NCBI RefSeq assembly: GCF_018977255.1
Contig: NW_024704743.1
Location: 81,904,001-81,968,000, forward strand
DNA length: 64,000 nt
From: Callorhinchus milii
Lineage: Eukaryota
Direction: 5' to 3'
Every line of letters starts with the position of its first letter. The first letter of the stretch is position 1. The translations under genes were made by a program, and so were the position numbers. The notes under the pieces are model-generated. The model searched no databases. It was not told the DNA's origin and saw nothing but the letters and a program-made list of their open reading frames with translations. Below are positions 1 through 13,304 of the stretch, in pieces.

Positions 1-180
1 ATCTTTATATAATTGCACTTTAGTGCTCTTCAGCCTCTGGATAAGTAAGCTAAGTATGTCATTAGTCTCATTAATTTCATTAATGATCTACTAAGAAAAC
101 GTTCATGCAATGCAGAACATAAAGAATTGAGTAAAATAAATTAAATAATAGAACAATTAAATACAAAAGTTACCAGTTTG

Positions 181-927
181 TCACCTACCGCTTGGATTAC
201 TGCAACGCAATCCACGCCGGTCTCTCCAGCTCCACCATTCACAAGATCCAGCTCATCCAGAACTCTGCCGCCCGCATACTGACCCGAACAAATCTCCATA
301 CCCACATCTCACCAGTTCTGGCCAAGCTCCACTGGCTCCCCATCACCAAACGGATCAACTTCATGATCCTCACATTTGTGTTCAAATCCCTTCACTCTTT
401 GGCACCTCCCTACCTCTCCAACCTCCTCACTCCCCAATACACCACCCTCCGCGCCTCCGCTGACTGGCACCGGCCTCCTGCTCATCCCTCACACCCTCCG
501 CCCCACCATCGGAGGTTGGGCTTTTAGCCACTGTGCTGCAAACCTCTGGAACACTCTCCCTCAATAATAATAATGATCCTTGCATTTGATATAGCGCTTT
601 TCATGTCTTCTAGACGTCTCAAAGAGCTTCACAGAATAGACTGTAAAGTGAATTGATTGTATATTTGTGGGCAAAATGCAGCAGCCAATTGCACACAACA
701 GTGTCTCACAAACAGTCGTGGATTGAAGTGACCAATTTTTTTATTGCTTTCTTTCCCCTCCACCTTACTCCCTTTTTTAAGTCCCACCTGAAGACACTCT
801 TCTTTGACCATGCCTATTGACCCCTTCCCCTCCACCCTCCCCAGCCTCAGAGTCAGGCTCCCTAATGTTAAGCGCTATGAGATGCTGCTGTGCATGGAGG
901 GTGCTACACAAGTACAAGTTGTTGTTG
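181..927 (+). mobile_element. L2 LINE 3' fragment (ORF2 C-terminus + tail), interrupted by a minus-strand SINE 3' piece at ~564-745
   Basis: ORF 192-527 has L2 motifs LDYCN...IQLIQNSAARILTRT...HISPVLAKLHWLPI; ends in (GTT)n tail. Confidence 0.9.
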
Positions 928-929
928 GT

Positions 930-1630
930 TTTCATTTTTGAAGTCTATTTTTTGAAGAACCAGTTCAAACCTAAAGAAAGGGCGAGTCTGATGATGTCCC
1001 ACAAACATCTTTACTATGTCCAGTATCGCACGCCATCCAATAACAGAGGCACACTTATTCTTTGGTGTTTATAATGAGAATCCCTAAACAACACCACCCT
1101 TAAACTCCTGGCTTGTCTATACAAATGGCCATCATCGGATTGCTAATTAATGCAAACCATCCTCTGGCTGTCTTCTGAGCTAAACAAGCGCATAAGAATA
1201 GTCTTGACTTATTATTGTCACATCCTTGTATCAAAGGTGCTTCAGAACTAAGCAAGAGAAATTTGCTAATTTTTTCCTTGCTTTTTTCTCCCTGATATTC
1301 TTTCTTCCCTCCCTGAGGAGGCTGGCTCAGGCTAATGTATGGTTTCAAGGATAGAGGGAGTCCTAGGTTATCTCACCCAAGTGGGCAGAATCCAAAAGGG
1401 GGGCAAAATGTGACTTGTGTCAAGCTTCTGGAACTCTGCTTGGACTCTAAACCCAGCTTAGATTTCTGTAGAGCCAGATTTTGGCCAAAGAAGTCTTCTA
1501 ACACCAGGCTTAAAAAATGTCCAAACCAGACTGAGTGCTACATATGTATGCCATCTTCAGATAAAAATATCCCATTAGTCTAGAGTGGAAAGTGCACCCT
1601 TCCCATTAGGACTTTGGCTTGCAGGGTTAA
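930..1630 (+). mobile_element. Old RTE-clade LINE 3' fragment (degenerate)
   Basis: Frameshifted translation PVSHAIQ.QR..LFFG.IMRIPK resembles the RTE RLxWFGHxxRM region; Cys-containing end KCPNQTECYIC; related pieces at ~43428 (-), ~51060-51200 and ~55593. Confidence 0.5.
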
Positions 1631-1915
1631 CAACAATAACAACAACTTGCATTTATATAACGCCCGTTACATGAAAGAGCGACCCGGAGCATTTGACAGT
1701 GGCGGAATCTGACAACGAGCCAGAGGGAGTGGGGAGGTGACTGTAAGCATGATAAAAAAGGAAGGTCTTTAGGTGGGATTTGAAGGTGGGAAGGGATGGG
1801 GCAAAGCAGAGGGATTGAGGGAGGGAGTTCCAGAGTTTCAGAGTGTAGTGGCTGAAGGTGGAGTTGGGGGTAAGTAAATTGGATAGGTGCGAGGGTATGA
1901 AGGGATTTGAAAATG
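1630..1915 (-). mobile_element. L2 3' tail fragment
   Basis: (AAC)n-ttgcatttatata tail on plus strand; G-rich reverse complement of L2 3' end. Confidence 0.8.
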
Positions 1916-2955
1916 AAATAATGAGTTAGACAGCAAGTGAGGCTCTCTCTCCCCTTCCCCCACAGTCCAGCTGTAGCAGCAGGCTGGTTTCAATAGCACA
2001 AATCAGAGCAAATGCCCGTTTGGAATCTCCAGAGGACCCTGACAAAGAAACACAATATTGCATCAAAAACTGCATCCAGCGTGGGATGGCTTAAACACTC
2101 CGTTGTATTAAATATGAATGATTATTTATTGTTGAGCACAGTATGAAAGGATGCACAGTGTTGTCGATTAACCACATGATTAAACAGATGACACGGTGTG
2201 GCTACTAAGGTAAACAAAGCAAACCTTCTGCCACTTCCTCTCTAGGGTCTGGGGAACAGTTCCTTGGAAATTTTGCATGGGGAAGCAAATTGACTGAAAA
2301 AAGTGATGAACATTACAGAGCTCAGAGGACTTTGGGCAAGGGGACTTGTGAACATTTTCCTTGTCTGCTTAAACCAATACTTTACGTGACAAGACAGACT
2401 TAAAATTAGCTAAGGAATTTTGGTGATGAATTAGTTCTAATGCTGAGTGTTGCAGGGTCCTTCTGGGTTTGATGGAGAAACAAGTGAGTCTGTTTGTCAG
2501 GTTTGATAAATAGACTTATATTTGCAAAGTCTTGTTACCACCTGTAATCTAAGAAACACCTGTTTCTCCTGTCATTGGCTTCCTAGTTGAAACCATAATT
2601 ATAACCTGTGATTGACCGTGATTTAGTACGCATTAAGTGTAAGTCACGATCTATATTTTCCTCTATTTATTTTCTTCATATAAGGCCTAAAATCCCCTCT
2701 GGTCTTAGACTGTGAGACTATTTCATCTTTAAGTTAAGTTGACAAAGAATTGTGGAAAATTTTTAAGCTGTTCTTGCTCATGCCGGCACAGCTGAAGATA
2801 AGACTGGATCCCAGGAGTTCTGTTGCCCTTTAATGGTGGGTCAGTGGAACTTCAACACAGCACTGACCCACATATGTCCACCGTATCAATGATTCTGTAC
2901 AGTTGTCGGCTCCAGTTCTATTGACTGCTTTCCATAGCTCATTTATTTACAAAGG

Positions 2956-3405
2956 TATCAGCCTGGCTCAGTTGGTAGCAATCTCACCTCTGAGTCACAA
3001 GGTTGTGGGCTCAAGCTCCACATTGGGCCTTTGAATTTACTGTGGTTGGCTGACAGTCAATGCAGTGTTAGGGTGAGCTGCATAGTTCGATGTGGCATCT
3101 TTCATATAAGACGTTAAACCAAAGTCCCACCTCCCTTTTCAGGTGGCCAATAAAGATCCCATGGTACTGTTTGCAAAGTGAAGGGAGTTTTTTCCTGGTG
3201 TTCTAGCCAAGAACTCCCCAGATAAGATTGATCATTCACTTCATGGCTGTTTGTGGCACATTGCGATGTGCATATTTGGTAACTGCGTTCACCTGCAAAA
3301 TAGACAGTCATTATACTTTTGAGAAAATCCTGTGAAGTACTTTGAGACATCCTCCTGATGTAAAAAGTGCTTTTTCAAATGCAGTGATTATTATTAGCAT
3401 TAATA
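2956..3405 (+). mobile_element. Deu-domain SINE relic (SacSINE/AmnSINE-like)
   Basis: tRNA-like head ggctcagttggtagca...ggttgtgggctcaag; Deu core ttcaggtgg..taaagatcccatgg..gggagttt..ggtgttct; L2-like tail. Confidence 0.75.
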
Positions 3406-3704
3406 ATAAAGTGGATCACAAAGTTTAGCTGCACCCATTATCGATCCTCTCAAGCCTGCTTCTCAGGTTCATATATACAGGGTGAACATACCATCAACCT
3501 TACCAGTGCTGTTTTTCAATTATAATTTCAGTAATGATCTACTAAAAAAAGGTTCATGCATTGCAGAACATAAAGAGTTGAGTAAAATAAATTAAATAAT
3601 AGAAAAATTAAATACAAAAGTTACCATCTTTAAAATGTGGCTTTAAAAACACATTCTAATTGGAACAAATGCGAGAAGAGGGAGAATTCTTGTCAACATC
3701 ATAA

Positions 3705-4755
3705 ATTACATTCTCTCTCTCTGTGACCATGGCTCCCTCTGCCTCCTCTTCTTTCTGGACCTCAGCGCCGCGTTCGACACAGCCGACCACGCCATCCTCA
3801 TCCATTGCCTCTCCACCCTTATCCACCTCAGTGGTGCCTCACTTCACTTTAGAAATGTACACAGTGTTCCTGATGTGGTCTAACCAAGGTTTGATATAAA
3901 TTTAGCATAATTTCCCTGCATTCCATTTTTATCCTTCTAGAAATGAACCCCAACGCTTGGTTTGCTTTGGTTTACTTATCTCTATATCTTAGTGAAGTTG
4001 GCATGTATTAGGTTGTATTTTTTGATGAAGGAAAAATTTTAAATGTACTATAATTTGAAAAACTTTTCAAGTTGAGGCCTTCAGTTAAACTCTTGATTTT
4101 GTTTGTCAGAAATGAATGGTATTTGATATTTACTGTATAATTGTAGCAACATTGGTACCTCATATTCTATTAACATGACTTGAATGTTAATATATTGTTT
4201 TTTATTTTAATTCTTGTGTGACAGGTTATGATTTTCTTTCCCAAGCCCATTTCTTGCTTCCTTTGTCAACAAGACCAAGACCCTCCTGCTTGGTTCCCGT
4301 CAGCGCCTCCATACCTCGGGCGCTTGACAGCATCTCTCTCCATGGATGCACTGTACATCTCACAGAGCCAATACAGACCTTGGCATCCTGTTCGACCCTC
4401 AACTGTCCTTCATACCCTACATCCGTGCCATGACCCGTTCAGCCTTTGCCAACCTCCGCAACATCGCTCAGCTCCGTCACTGTCTCACACCGCAGGCCGC
4501 TGAAACCCTCATACAGGGATTCATAACATCCAGGCTCAACTACACAAACCCCCTGCTTGTCAGCCTCCCCAAATCCTCCCTCCATAGGGTGCAGATCATC
4601 CAGAATTCTGCAGCCGTGTCCTCTCCTGCACCAGGTTCCCCGCAACCCTATCACCCCCACCTTCGCCTGCCTTCACTGGCTTCCCATCACGCAGAGGATA
4701 CAGTTCAAAATCCAGGTCCTCACCTTCAAAGCCCTCCATGGCCTTGCTCCCATCT
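3705..4755 (+). mobile_element. L2 ORF2 fragments (3705-3845 and ~4245-4755) with intervening short CR1 piece and unique DNA
   Basis: LLDLSAAFDTADHAIL; DLGILFDPQLSFIPYI...LRNIAQLR...AETLI; LHWLPI. Confidence 0.85.
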
Positions 4756-4876
4756 AAAAAGAACAATAATAAATTGATTATTTGAATCCATGACTGTTTG
4801 CGGGACACTGCTGTGCGCAATTGGCTGCCACATTTCGCCCACAAATATACAGTCAATTCACTTTACAGTATATTGT

Positions 4877-5177
4877 GGAGTCCTGTAACTCAGTGGTTAG
4901 AGCACTCGCTTTGCAAGCAAGAGACCTGAGTTCAATTCCAGGCAGGGCGAAACCTTGGGCAAGTTTCCTTACTCCACACGCCTAATAATAATGCCTCCAA
5001 AACCAAAAACAATAAGAAATTGGTCATTTTCAATCCACGACTGTTTGTGGGATATTGCTGTGTGCAATTGGCTGCCGTGTTCGCCCACAAATATACAGTC
5101 AATTCACTTTACAGTGTGTTCTATGAAGCGCTTTGGGACGTCCTCCCGACATGAAAAGCTCTATAGCAAATGCAAGG

Positions 5178-5206
<29 letters not shown>
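4877..5206 (+). mobile_element. tRNA-Ala-derived SINE (short variant), flanked by a headless copy (4757-4873) and an extra tail (5207-5287)
   Basis: Pol III A/B box head ggagtcctgtaactcagtggttagagc...gagttcaattcc; tail tgcaaggatt(ATT)n. Confidence 0.92.
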
Positions 5207-5208
<2 letters not shown>

Positions 5209-5294
5209 TGTGAAGCGCTTTGGGACATCTAGAAGACGTGAAAAGTGCAATATCAAATGCAAGGATTATTATTATATTATTATTATCTTTTGAA

Positions 5295-7097
5295 AAGTTT
5301 TCTCCTCCCTCCCCTGCCCGGTCACCTGTTGTGCATTCCAGATCTCCATCCTTGGACCCCCTTCCTCTTCCTCATCTATATGCTTCCTTTTGGCAATGTC
5401 ATCTGCAGACACAGGGTAAACTTCCAAATGTATGCGGATGACACACAAATCTACTTCTCCTCCTCCAGCTGAGACTCCAGGTCCACCAGTGTTCCCTCGG
5501 CTTGTCTGGCGGACATTAGGGCCTGGATGAGCAAACATTTCCTACACCTAAATATTGACAAGACGGAAGCCATACTCACTGGGTCGCATCAACGTCTTCT
5601 ATCCTGCGGCTCTGACCTCGTTAACCTCCCTGACCGATCCCTCAGACTTACCGAAGCAGTGTGCAACCTAGGCGTTAGATTCAATCCACAGCTGTCCTTC
5701 CTTCCCCATATTTAGTCTCTGACCAGGACTGCCTTCCTCCACCTCTGACCGTACCTTACCCCAGACGCAGCCGAAACACTCGTTCATGTGTGTCACCTGC
5801 CAACTCTACTTTTTAAATGCCCTCTTTGCCAGGCTCCCCAGCTCCACCATGCACAAGATCCAGCTGATCCCAAACACTGCTGCCCACTTACTCACCCTTA
5901 CTAAATTCCATACCGCCATCACACCAGTTCTACCCAAGCTCCACTGGCTCCCCATCAATGAAGAGGTTGATTTCAACATCCTCACACTCATTTTCAAATC
6001 CCTTCATGCCCTGGCATCTCCCTAACTCTCTGACCTGCTTACACCCTCTGCTTACCCCCCAACCCACTATCTCCGCTCAACTGGCACTTTATCCTTCTGC
6101 ATGCCTGCACGAGGTCGCTTGTGCCCTCTGTTTACCCATTGGTCAGCTGTGCTTTCAGCCAGTACACCCCGAAACTCTGGAACACTCTTCCTCTATCCCT
6201 CCACCTTGTCCCTTCCTTCCCCATCTTTAAGTTGTGCCTGAAGACTCTCCTCTTCACCCTCTACAAGCTCCCCCTTGGTGACATTATCCGCAGACATGGG
6301 GTAAATTTCCACATGTATGCGGATGTCACCCAACTCTACCTCTCTGCCTCCACCCTGAACTCCAGGACTACTGGTGGCCTGACCGACTGCCTGTCCGACA
6401 TCAAGTCCTGGATGAGTGCCAACTTTCTCCAACTCAACTTCAGCAAGAACGAGGCCCTCCTGATTGGCTCACGCCAGCACCTCCGCACCTCAGGCGCTGA
6501 CAGCATCAGCCTCCACAGCTGCACACTCAACCTCACTAAGCCAGTCAGGAACCTGGGTACTTTGTTTGACCCTGAACTGTCCTTTCTCCCCCACATCCAC
6601 GCCATGACCGGCACTGCTTAACACCACCTCCACAATATTGCCAGATTCCGCCACTGCCTCTCCCCTCAGGCTGCCGAAACCCTCACCCATGCATTCGTCG
6701 CCTCAAAGCTCGATTACAGGAATTCCCTCCTTATCGGCCTTCCCAACTCTTCCCTTCACAAGCTGTAGATCATCCAAAACTCTGCAGCTCATGTATTCTC
6801 ACGCACCAGGCTCCATGACCCCATCACTCCCACCCTCACCTGACTCCACTGGCTCCCCATCCCCCGATCGAGTTCAAGATACTCAGCCTCACCTTTAAGG
6901 CCATCCATGGCCTTGTCTCCTCCTACCTCCCTAACCTGCTGACTCCTTACTAACCTGCCCGCTCCCTCTGTTCATCGGGCTCCAGCCTGCTCCATGTCTC
7001 CCGCCCGACCCGCCCTACCATTGGTGGCCGAGCTTTCAACTTCTCTGCCCCCACACTCTGGAACTCCATCCCACAGTCCCTTCGCCTCAATTCCTCT
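5295..7097 (+). mobile_element. Two tandem L2 RT/3' fragments (5295-6265; 6266-7097)
   Basis: YADD motif ([22 protein letters not shown]), [17 protein letters not shown], NLGxxFDPELSF; stops and frameshifts. Confidence 0.92.
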
Positions 7098-8334
7098 GGG
7101 CACTTTTGTGAGGAGAGAGGTCAGAGAGGTAGGGGGAAGTTGATCCTCTCTGGGATAGGCAGCGAGTGCATTCTGGCAAGGCCTGGGGTAATCAGGGAGC
7201 GGAGTTTGGTGCAGGTAAGAATGCAGGCGGCAGAGTTTTGTATGACCTGGATTTTATGAATGGTAGTGCAGGGGAGACTGGCGAGGGGGTCATTTGATGG
7301 TTGGCACGTTGGGTGGAGTAGCTGATGTTTAGTACATCACTTTGGATGCTGAAATTACCATATTTGCTCGAAATTAAGGGACAGGGTTTATTGATTAAAA
7401 TGTCCCTCTATGACAGACTCGATAATCTGGTTCCTGAGCCAGGCGAGTGCACGTATTCCGAGGCACTGTTGACAGACCAGCCAGCCTGGTTTATTGCAGA
7501 CTTTGGAGAGGCAGACGATATAAGAAAACACTCTGGGAACAGTGCCTTCCTGTTTCAGATGACTTGGTTAACAACGGATAATGACTTTACCAACTGAGTC
7601 ATCAGGGGTTCATGAGGGAGAAGAGACTGAGTTGAGCTGACATCATTAAGTAATACTGTGTTTTCTTTCTGAACAAGTTAACTTTACACTGCCAGTTAAA
7701 AAAATATTACAAATGGATCGTACAATTGCAACCAATTCAACTTCCATGTCACATGTTTCATATTGTTTTATATAGCACTAAATAAAACAAAAGTTAGGAA
7801 CCTTTACTTGACTCATCAATACTATTATTAATGCAGTAAATTTGTAAGAATTATTAACCTTTCAGAGTTATTTATAGCATGCGTTAGTGTGGGTTACAGG
7901 TCAGGAGCCTGAAGGTGCGGTTAACCTTGTAAGTGCAGCAGAACAAGTGTTACTTTTCCACCTTAACATGTGAAAAAACAAAACAGAAGGTCTGTTACAC
8001 ATCTGACATACACATACATGGTGAATGAAAACAGTGCTATTAATTTACAGCGTAACATAATCTCCACGTGAAGGTGGAAATGTGGCAAGGCTGGGAATAA
8101 TTGAAATGTGGAGCCATAGTTGAAAATGACCATTGAAAATGTTTAAAAGTGCAATTGGATTCTCGTTCCTTTTAAACATTGAACTCTATTTACTGTTCTG
8201 AATTTCCTGAACAGAGGTGAGGCAACTGTATACAAGTTTAAATGTGCAGAAGGTGTTGTTTTGAAGTCCTGTGGTCACCTTGTTAGGCAGGACAGGAGCA
8301 GAGACAAAGCAATTGAGGCAGAAACTTAAGAAAT

Positions 8335-8680
8335 TGCATTTCTATAGTGACTTATGTCTAAGCATCTCAAAGTGTTTCACAAGTAATTACTGCTAAATGT
8401 AGTGACTGGTTTTGCCACTACACTTAACAGTAAGGAGGCCCCACCAACAGACCAATTAATCTGTCGGGAAACACATCCTTTTCTTTTCAAATAACGTTAA
8501 TGTCCATCAGAAAACAGGCACTCTGGAGCTCAGTTTTAATGTCTCACCCGAAGGTTAGGATCTCCCACGATGCAGTATTCCCTCAGCACTGCACTGAAGT
8601 GTCAGCTAGACTATAAGTTAAAGTACCGACATGGGGCTTAAACTCACAACCTACTGACCCAGATGTAAGAGTGCTACTAA
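8335..8680 (-). mobile_element. Deu-domain SINE relic
   Basis: Reverse complement of tRNA-like head and Deu core seen elsewhere in the window. Confidence 0.65.
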
Positions 8681-8814
8681 CGTATTTATAGCAGATGATA
8701 AAGCTGCCATAAAACTGGGAATTAGGAAGGAAGAAAGTAGTTGGCAACTGACAATGAAACTTATAATAATCTTTGAAAGGTGAAGGAACTTAAAATAAAT
8801 CAAATGCATACATC

Positions 8815-10310
8815 CTCTTCATATTTTGCTTCTGATTTCACGTTAGAGGACACTGAAAACTTACAGAAAATAGAAGGGAACCTTGAGGCTAATATTAGTG
8901 AGGAACTTAAAGAAATGAACATCAGTAAAGCAATAGTAGTAGAGAAATTGATAGGATTAAAAACCAATAAATCCCCTGGACCTGATGGCTGCATCCTATG
9001 GTTTTAAAAGAGGTGGCTGCAGAGATAGTAGATGCTTTGTTTTTGATCTTTCAAAATTCCCTGGATTCTGGAATGGTTCCCATTGATTGGAAGGTCGCAA
9101 ACGTAACGCCTCTATTTAAGAAGGGTGGGAGACAAAAAATGAGGAATTATAGACCGGTTAGTCTGACATCAGTGGAGGGAAAATTCTAGAGTCCTTAATT
9201 AGGGACATCGTTGTGGGGTATTTAGAAAATCATAACATGATTAGGCAGAGTCAACATGGCTTTACGAAAGGGAAATCATGTATAACAAATCTGTTAGAGT
9301 TTTTGGAGGATGTAGCTAGTAGGTTAGATAGGGGGAAAACAGTAGATGTGGTGTATTTGGATTTCCAGAAGGCATTCGACAAGGTGCCACTTAAAAAGCT
9401 GTTGCATAAGATTAGAGCCCATGGAATTAAAGGTAATATATTAGCATGGATTGGAGAATGGCTAACAGGAAGAAAATAGAGTAGGGATGAACGGGTCCTT
9501 CTCAAATTGTCAGGATGTGACTAGTGGAGTGCCACAAGGATCAGTGCTTGGGCCTCAATTATTTACAGTCTATACCAATGATTTAGATGAGGAAATAGAT
9601 CTTTACATATTTAAATGTGCGGACGATACAAAGATAAGTGGCAGAGTAATCTGCGAGGATAACACATGCAAAGGGAAATAGAAAGGCTAGGTGAGTGGGC
9701 AAGAAGGTAGCAGATGGAATATAATGTGGGGAAGTGTGAAGTCATTCATCTAGGTAGTAAAAACAGAAAAGCGGATTATTTTCTAGACGGGGAGAGGCTA
9801 GATAGTGTTAGCGTTCAGAGAGATTTGGGGGTCTTCGTACACCAGTCACAAAAGGTTAGTATGCAGGTATAGCAACCAACTAGACAGGCTAATGCCATGT
9901 TGGCGTTCATTGCAAAAGGGTTAGAGTACAAGAGTAGGGAAATCTTGCTGCAGTTCTATAAGGCTTTGGTGAGACAGCACCTAGAATATTGTGTGCAGTT
10001 TTAGTCTCCTTATCTAAGAAAGGACATACTCGCCTTAGAGGGGGTGCAGCGTAGATTTACTAGGTTAGTACCAGGGATGAAGGGGATGAGTTACGAGGAT
10101 AGGCTGACCAATTTGGGCCTATACTCTCTAGAATATAGAAGAATTAGAGGGGATCTTATAGAAACCTATAAGATCATCAAAGGGCATGATAGAGTAGCTA
10201 GTGGGAGATTGTTTCCCCTGGTTGGAGAAACTAAAACCAGGGGTCACAACCTTAAAATCAGAGGCCAGCCCTTTTGCACTGAGTTGAGGAAGAACTTCTT
10301 CACTGAAAGG
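8815..10310 (+). mobile_element. CR1 LINE ORF2 RT fragment (pseudogenised)
   Basis: [58 protein letters not shown]; several stops. Confidence 0.95.
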
Positions 10311-11140
10311 ATGGGGAGCGTAGATTCACTAGGTTGTTTCCTGGGATGAGGGGGTTGACCTACAAGGATAGGTTAATAATAATAATAATCCTTGCATTTG
10401 ATATAGCGCTTTTCACGTCGGGAGGACATCCCAAAGCGCTTCACAGAACACACTGTAAAGTGAATTGACTGTACATTTGTGGGCGAACGCAGCAGCCAAT
10501 TGCGCACAGCAATGTCCCACAAACAGTCGTAGATTGAAAATGACCAATTTCTTATTGTTTTTGGTTTTGGAGGGATTATTATCAGGCTCTGTGTGGAGTA
10601 AGGAAACTTGCCCAAGGTTTCGCACTGCCTGGAATTGAACTCAGGTCTCTCGCTTGCAAAGCGAGTGCTCTAACCACTGAGCTACAGGACTCCATTGTCC
10701 ATTCGTTGAGTAAATTAGGCCTATATTCTCTAGAATATAGAAGAATTAGAGATGATCTTATAGAAACCTATAAGATTCTTAAGGGTCTTGACAGTGTAGA
10801 TGCTGTGAGACTGTTTCCCCTGGTTGGAGAATCTAAAACTAGGGGTCATAGTATCAAGATTAAGGTCAGCCTTTTCGAACTGAGTTGAGGAAACATTTCT
10901 TCACTCAGAGGGTAGTGAATTTGTGGAATTCTCTACCCCAGAAGGCTGTGGATGCTCAGACCTTGAACATATTCAAGACTGAGGTTGATAGATTTTTAAA
11001 GGATAGAGGGATTAAGGGATATGGGAATAGGGCAGGTAAATGGAATTAAGTTAGAAGATCAGCCATGATCTTATTACATGGTGAGGCAGGCTCGAGGGGC
11101 CGAATGGCCTACTCCTGCTGCTACGTCTTTTGGTCTTATA
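10311..11140 (+). mobile_element. Second CR1 3' fragment, split by a SINE
   Basis: Repeats the QRRFTRL..LGLYSLE segment of the upstream copy; CR1 3'UTR ggctcgaggggccgaatggcctactcctg. Confidence 0.88.
10374..10693 (-). mobile_element. tRNA-Ala-derived SINE, full length
   Basis: Reverse complement of family consensus, head to (ATT)n tail. Confidence 0.93.
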
Positions 11141-11382
11141 TACATTTAATGCTGATAATAATCCTTGCAATTGAAACTCTGCCTGAAATGCTGTAAACAT
11201 ATCAAAGTGCTTCACACATAACTACTGCCAAGTGTAGTGACTGTATTTGTAGACTGCAACAGCCAATTTGAACAACAACAACTTGCATTTATATAGCGCC
11301 CTTCACGACAGGTAACATCCTGGAGCACTTAAACACATGTCCCACAAACAGCTGTGAAAGTGAACCATCAATTTATCTGGTG

Positions 11383-11714
11383 AATAATAATAATAATCCT
11401 TGCATTTGATATAGTGCTTTTCACGTCTTCTAGACGTCTCAAAGCGCTTCACAGAATATGCTGTAAAGTGAATTGACTGTATATTTGTGGGCGAAACGCG
11501 GCAGCCAATTGCCCACAACAGTGTCCCACAAACAGTCGTGGATTGAAAAGGACCAATTTATTATTTATTTTGTTTTGGATTATTAATAATCCAATAATTT
11601 GGATTATTATTAGGCGTGTGGAGTAAGAAAACTTAACCAAGGTTTCGCCCTGCCTGGAATTGAACCCAGGTGTCTCGCTTGCAAGGCAAGTCCTCTACCC
11701 ACTGAGCTACAGGA
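11383..11714 (-). mobile_element. tRNA-Ala-derived SINE
   Basis: Family match; small internal inverted duplication near 11575-11610. Confidence 0.9.
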
Positions 11715-12983
11715 TATATTGTTCTTAAAATAATATTGATATCAATACATTTTGAAAACAAATGAAGACAGGGGAATAGGAATTGCGTAATTTCTGTACA
11801 CTACAAGGGGACAAAAGCTGGTTTAGCCTCAAACCATCAGCTGTTACTGCCATTAATGGGTTGAGAATGGGGGAGGGAGGAGAAAATGGGTGGAATAGCA
11901 GTAATTAACAAGGACTCTGGGATGAATAGAGAGGCATGTGATAAGGGAACTCTAACTTTGAGCAAACATATGATACTAAATATATGATCTACAGTAACCC
12001 AACGTGCACATAATGGGTCCCATTATATTAGATGTCGTGATATGATTTATTGTCTCTCACAGTTTAACAGTAATGCCTTCCTGGCTACCAGGAAGCACTC
12101 CGATATGAGTTGCAATTTAAATTCAGTTTATCAACAGGATATCACCCAGCACTTCAAGGCCCAGGCAGAAATCCGCATCTGAGAAATATCTGGAAAAAGG
12201 ATGGCAATTCATCACAGTCCCATATGGGATATATAAAGTTGCCCTCTCAGACCTGACTCGTAGAGATTGTTAAGTCTACTTCTCACACACAGAGAAGGTT
12301 TACATGGTTGTTTATTCCTATACCAATTTTAATAACAATCATAAAATAATTATATTATATAATTATACAATGTTCTCTCCCTCTCTCTTCTGAAAACACT
12401 GACTATCAGCGTCTTATCATGTCGGCAAGATGTCTCAAAGCGTCTCACAGGATAAATTGTAAAGTGGTGCTGTGTGTGTTTGTGGTGAACTATGAGGTTT
12501 TATCTGGTTAAACTCCAAAAGTACATCTATGTACACGAGGGAGTCCCGAGCCTTGGCTTTCAACGACCTGTGGCCAACATATTCTTTAGCATGGCAATAG
12601 GTTTGTACACATATCAGACACATGGCTGAACAAAAAAAGCTGGTTTTAGTTTTCCACAAAATACAGGAAGATATTAAAGGTGCAGAAGGAACTCTTTTGT
12701 AAAAGAATAACCAAGAACTGACATTATGAAAGAAACTTAAGCTTATTGAAATCATTAGGTGTGTTCTGGAAATGTTACCTTCAATTGATTTTGACACAAA
12801 AGTATTTACGAATGAGAGGCATGAACCAAAAAGAATCCTGTAAAATTAATCCGATGGAAAACAGACGAAAAAGACAACACAAAAGATTTAGAGATACTGT
12901 ACCAATATATACCAATGTAAAATAATTGGAAAAATTGGGGATTTGGGAGGTAGCAGTGGACAGGAATGAGACATGAGACATGT

Positions 12984-13304
12984 GGAGTCCTGTAGCTCAG
13001 TGGTTAGAGCACTCGCTTTGCAAGCGAGAGACCTGAGTTCAATTCCAGGCAGAGCAAACCCTTGGGCAAGTTTCCTTACTCCACACGCCAAATAATAATC
13101 CCTCCAAAATCAAAAACAATAATAAATTGGTCATTTTCAATCCACGACTGTTTGTGGGACATTGCTGTGCACAACTGGCTCCTGCGTTCGCCCACAAATA
13201 TACAGTCAATTCACTTTACAGTGTATTTTGTGAAGCGCTTTGGGATGTCCTCCCAACGTGAAAAGCGCTATATCAAATGCAAGGATTATTATTATTATTA
13301 TTAT
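12984..13304 (+). mobile_element. tRNA-Ala-derived SINE, followed by a Deu-SINE 3' relic (to ~13570)
   Basis: Family match. Confidence 0.92.

Noticed and set aside
1510..1630. piggyBac-like terminus (AGGG-TTAA; TTAA-CCCT at ~43428) with Cys-rich peptide
   Set aside because: Upstream translation fits an RTE-clade C-terminus better; no DDD transposase motifs and no paired TIRs around one element
2456..2483. Collagen Gly-X-Y exon (GPSGFDGET)
   Set aside because: 28 nt rather than a multiple of 9, and no other Gly-X-Y exons in the window
4955..5293. Recurrent ORF MGKFPYSTRLIIIPPKPK...DYYYY (many copies)
   Set aside because: Chance reading frame through the SINE, starting at TTG; not a gene family
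12984..13057. tRNA-Ala(TGC) gene
   Set aside because: It is the SINE head: always fused to SINE body and tail, with no own terminator
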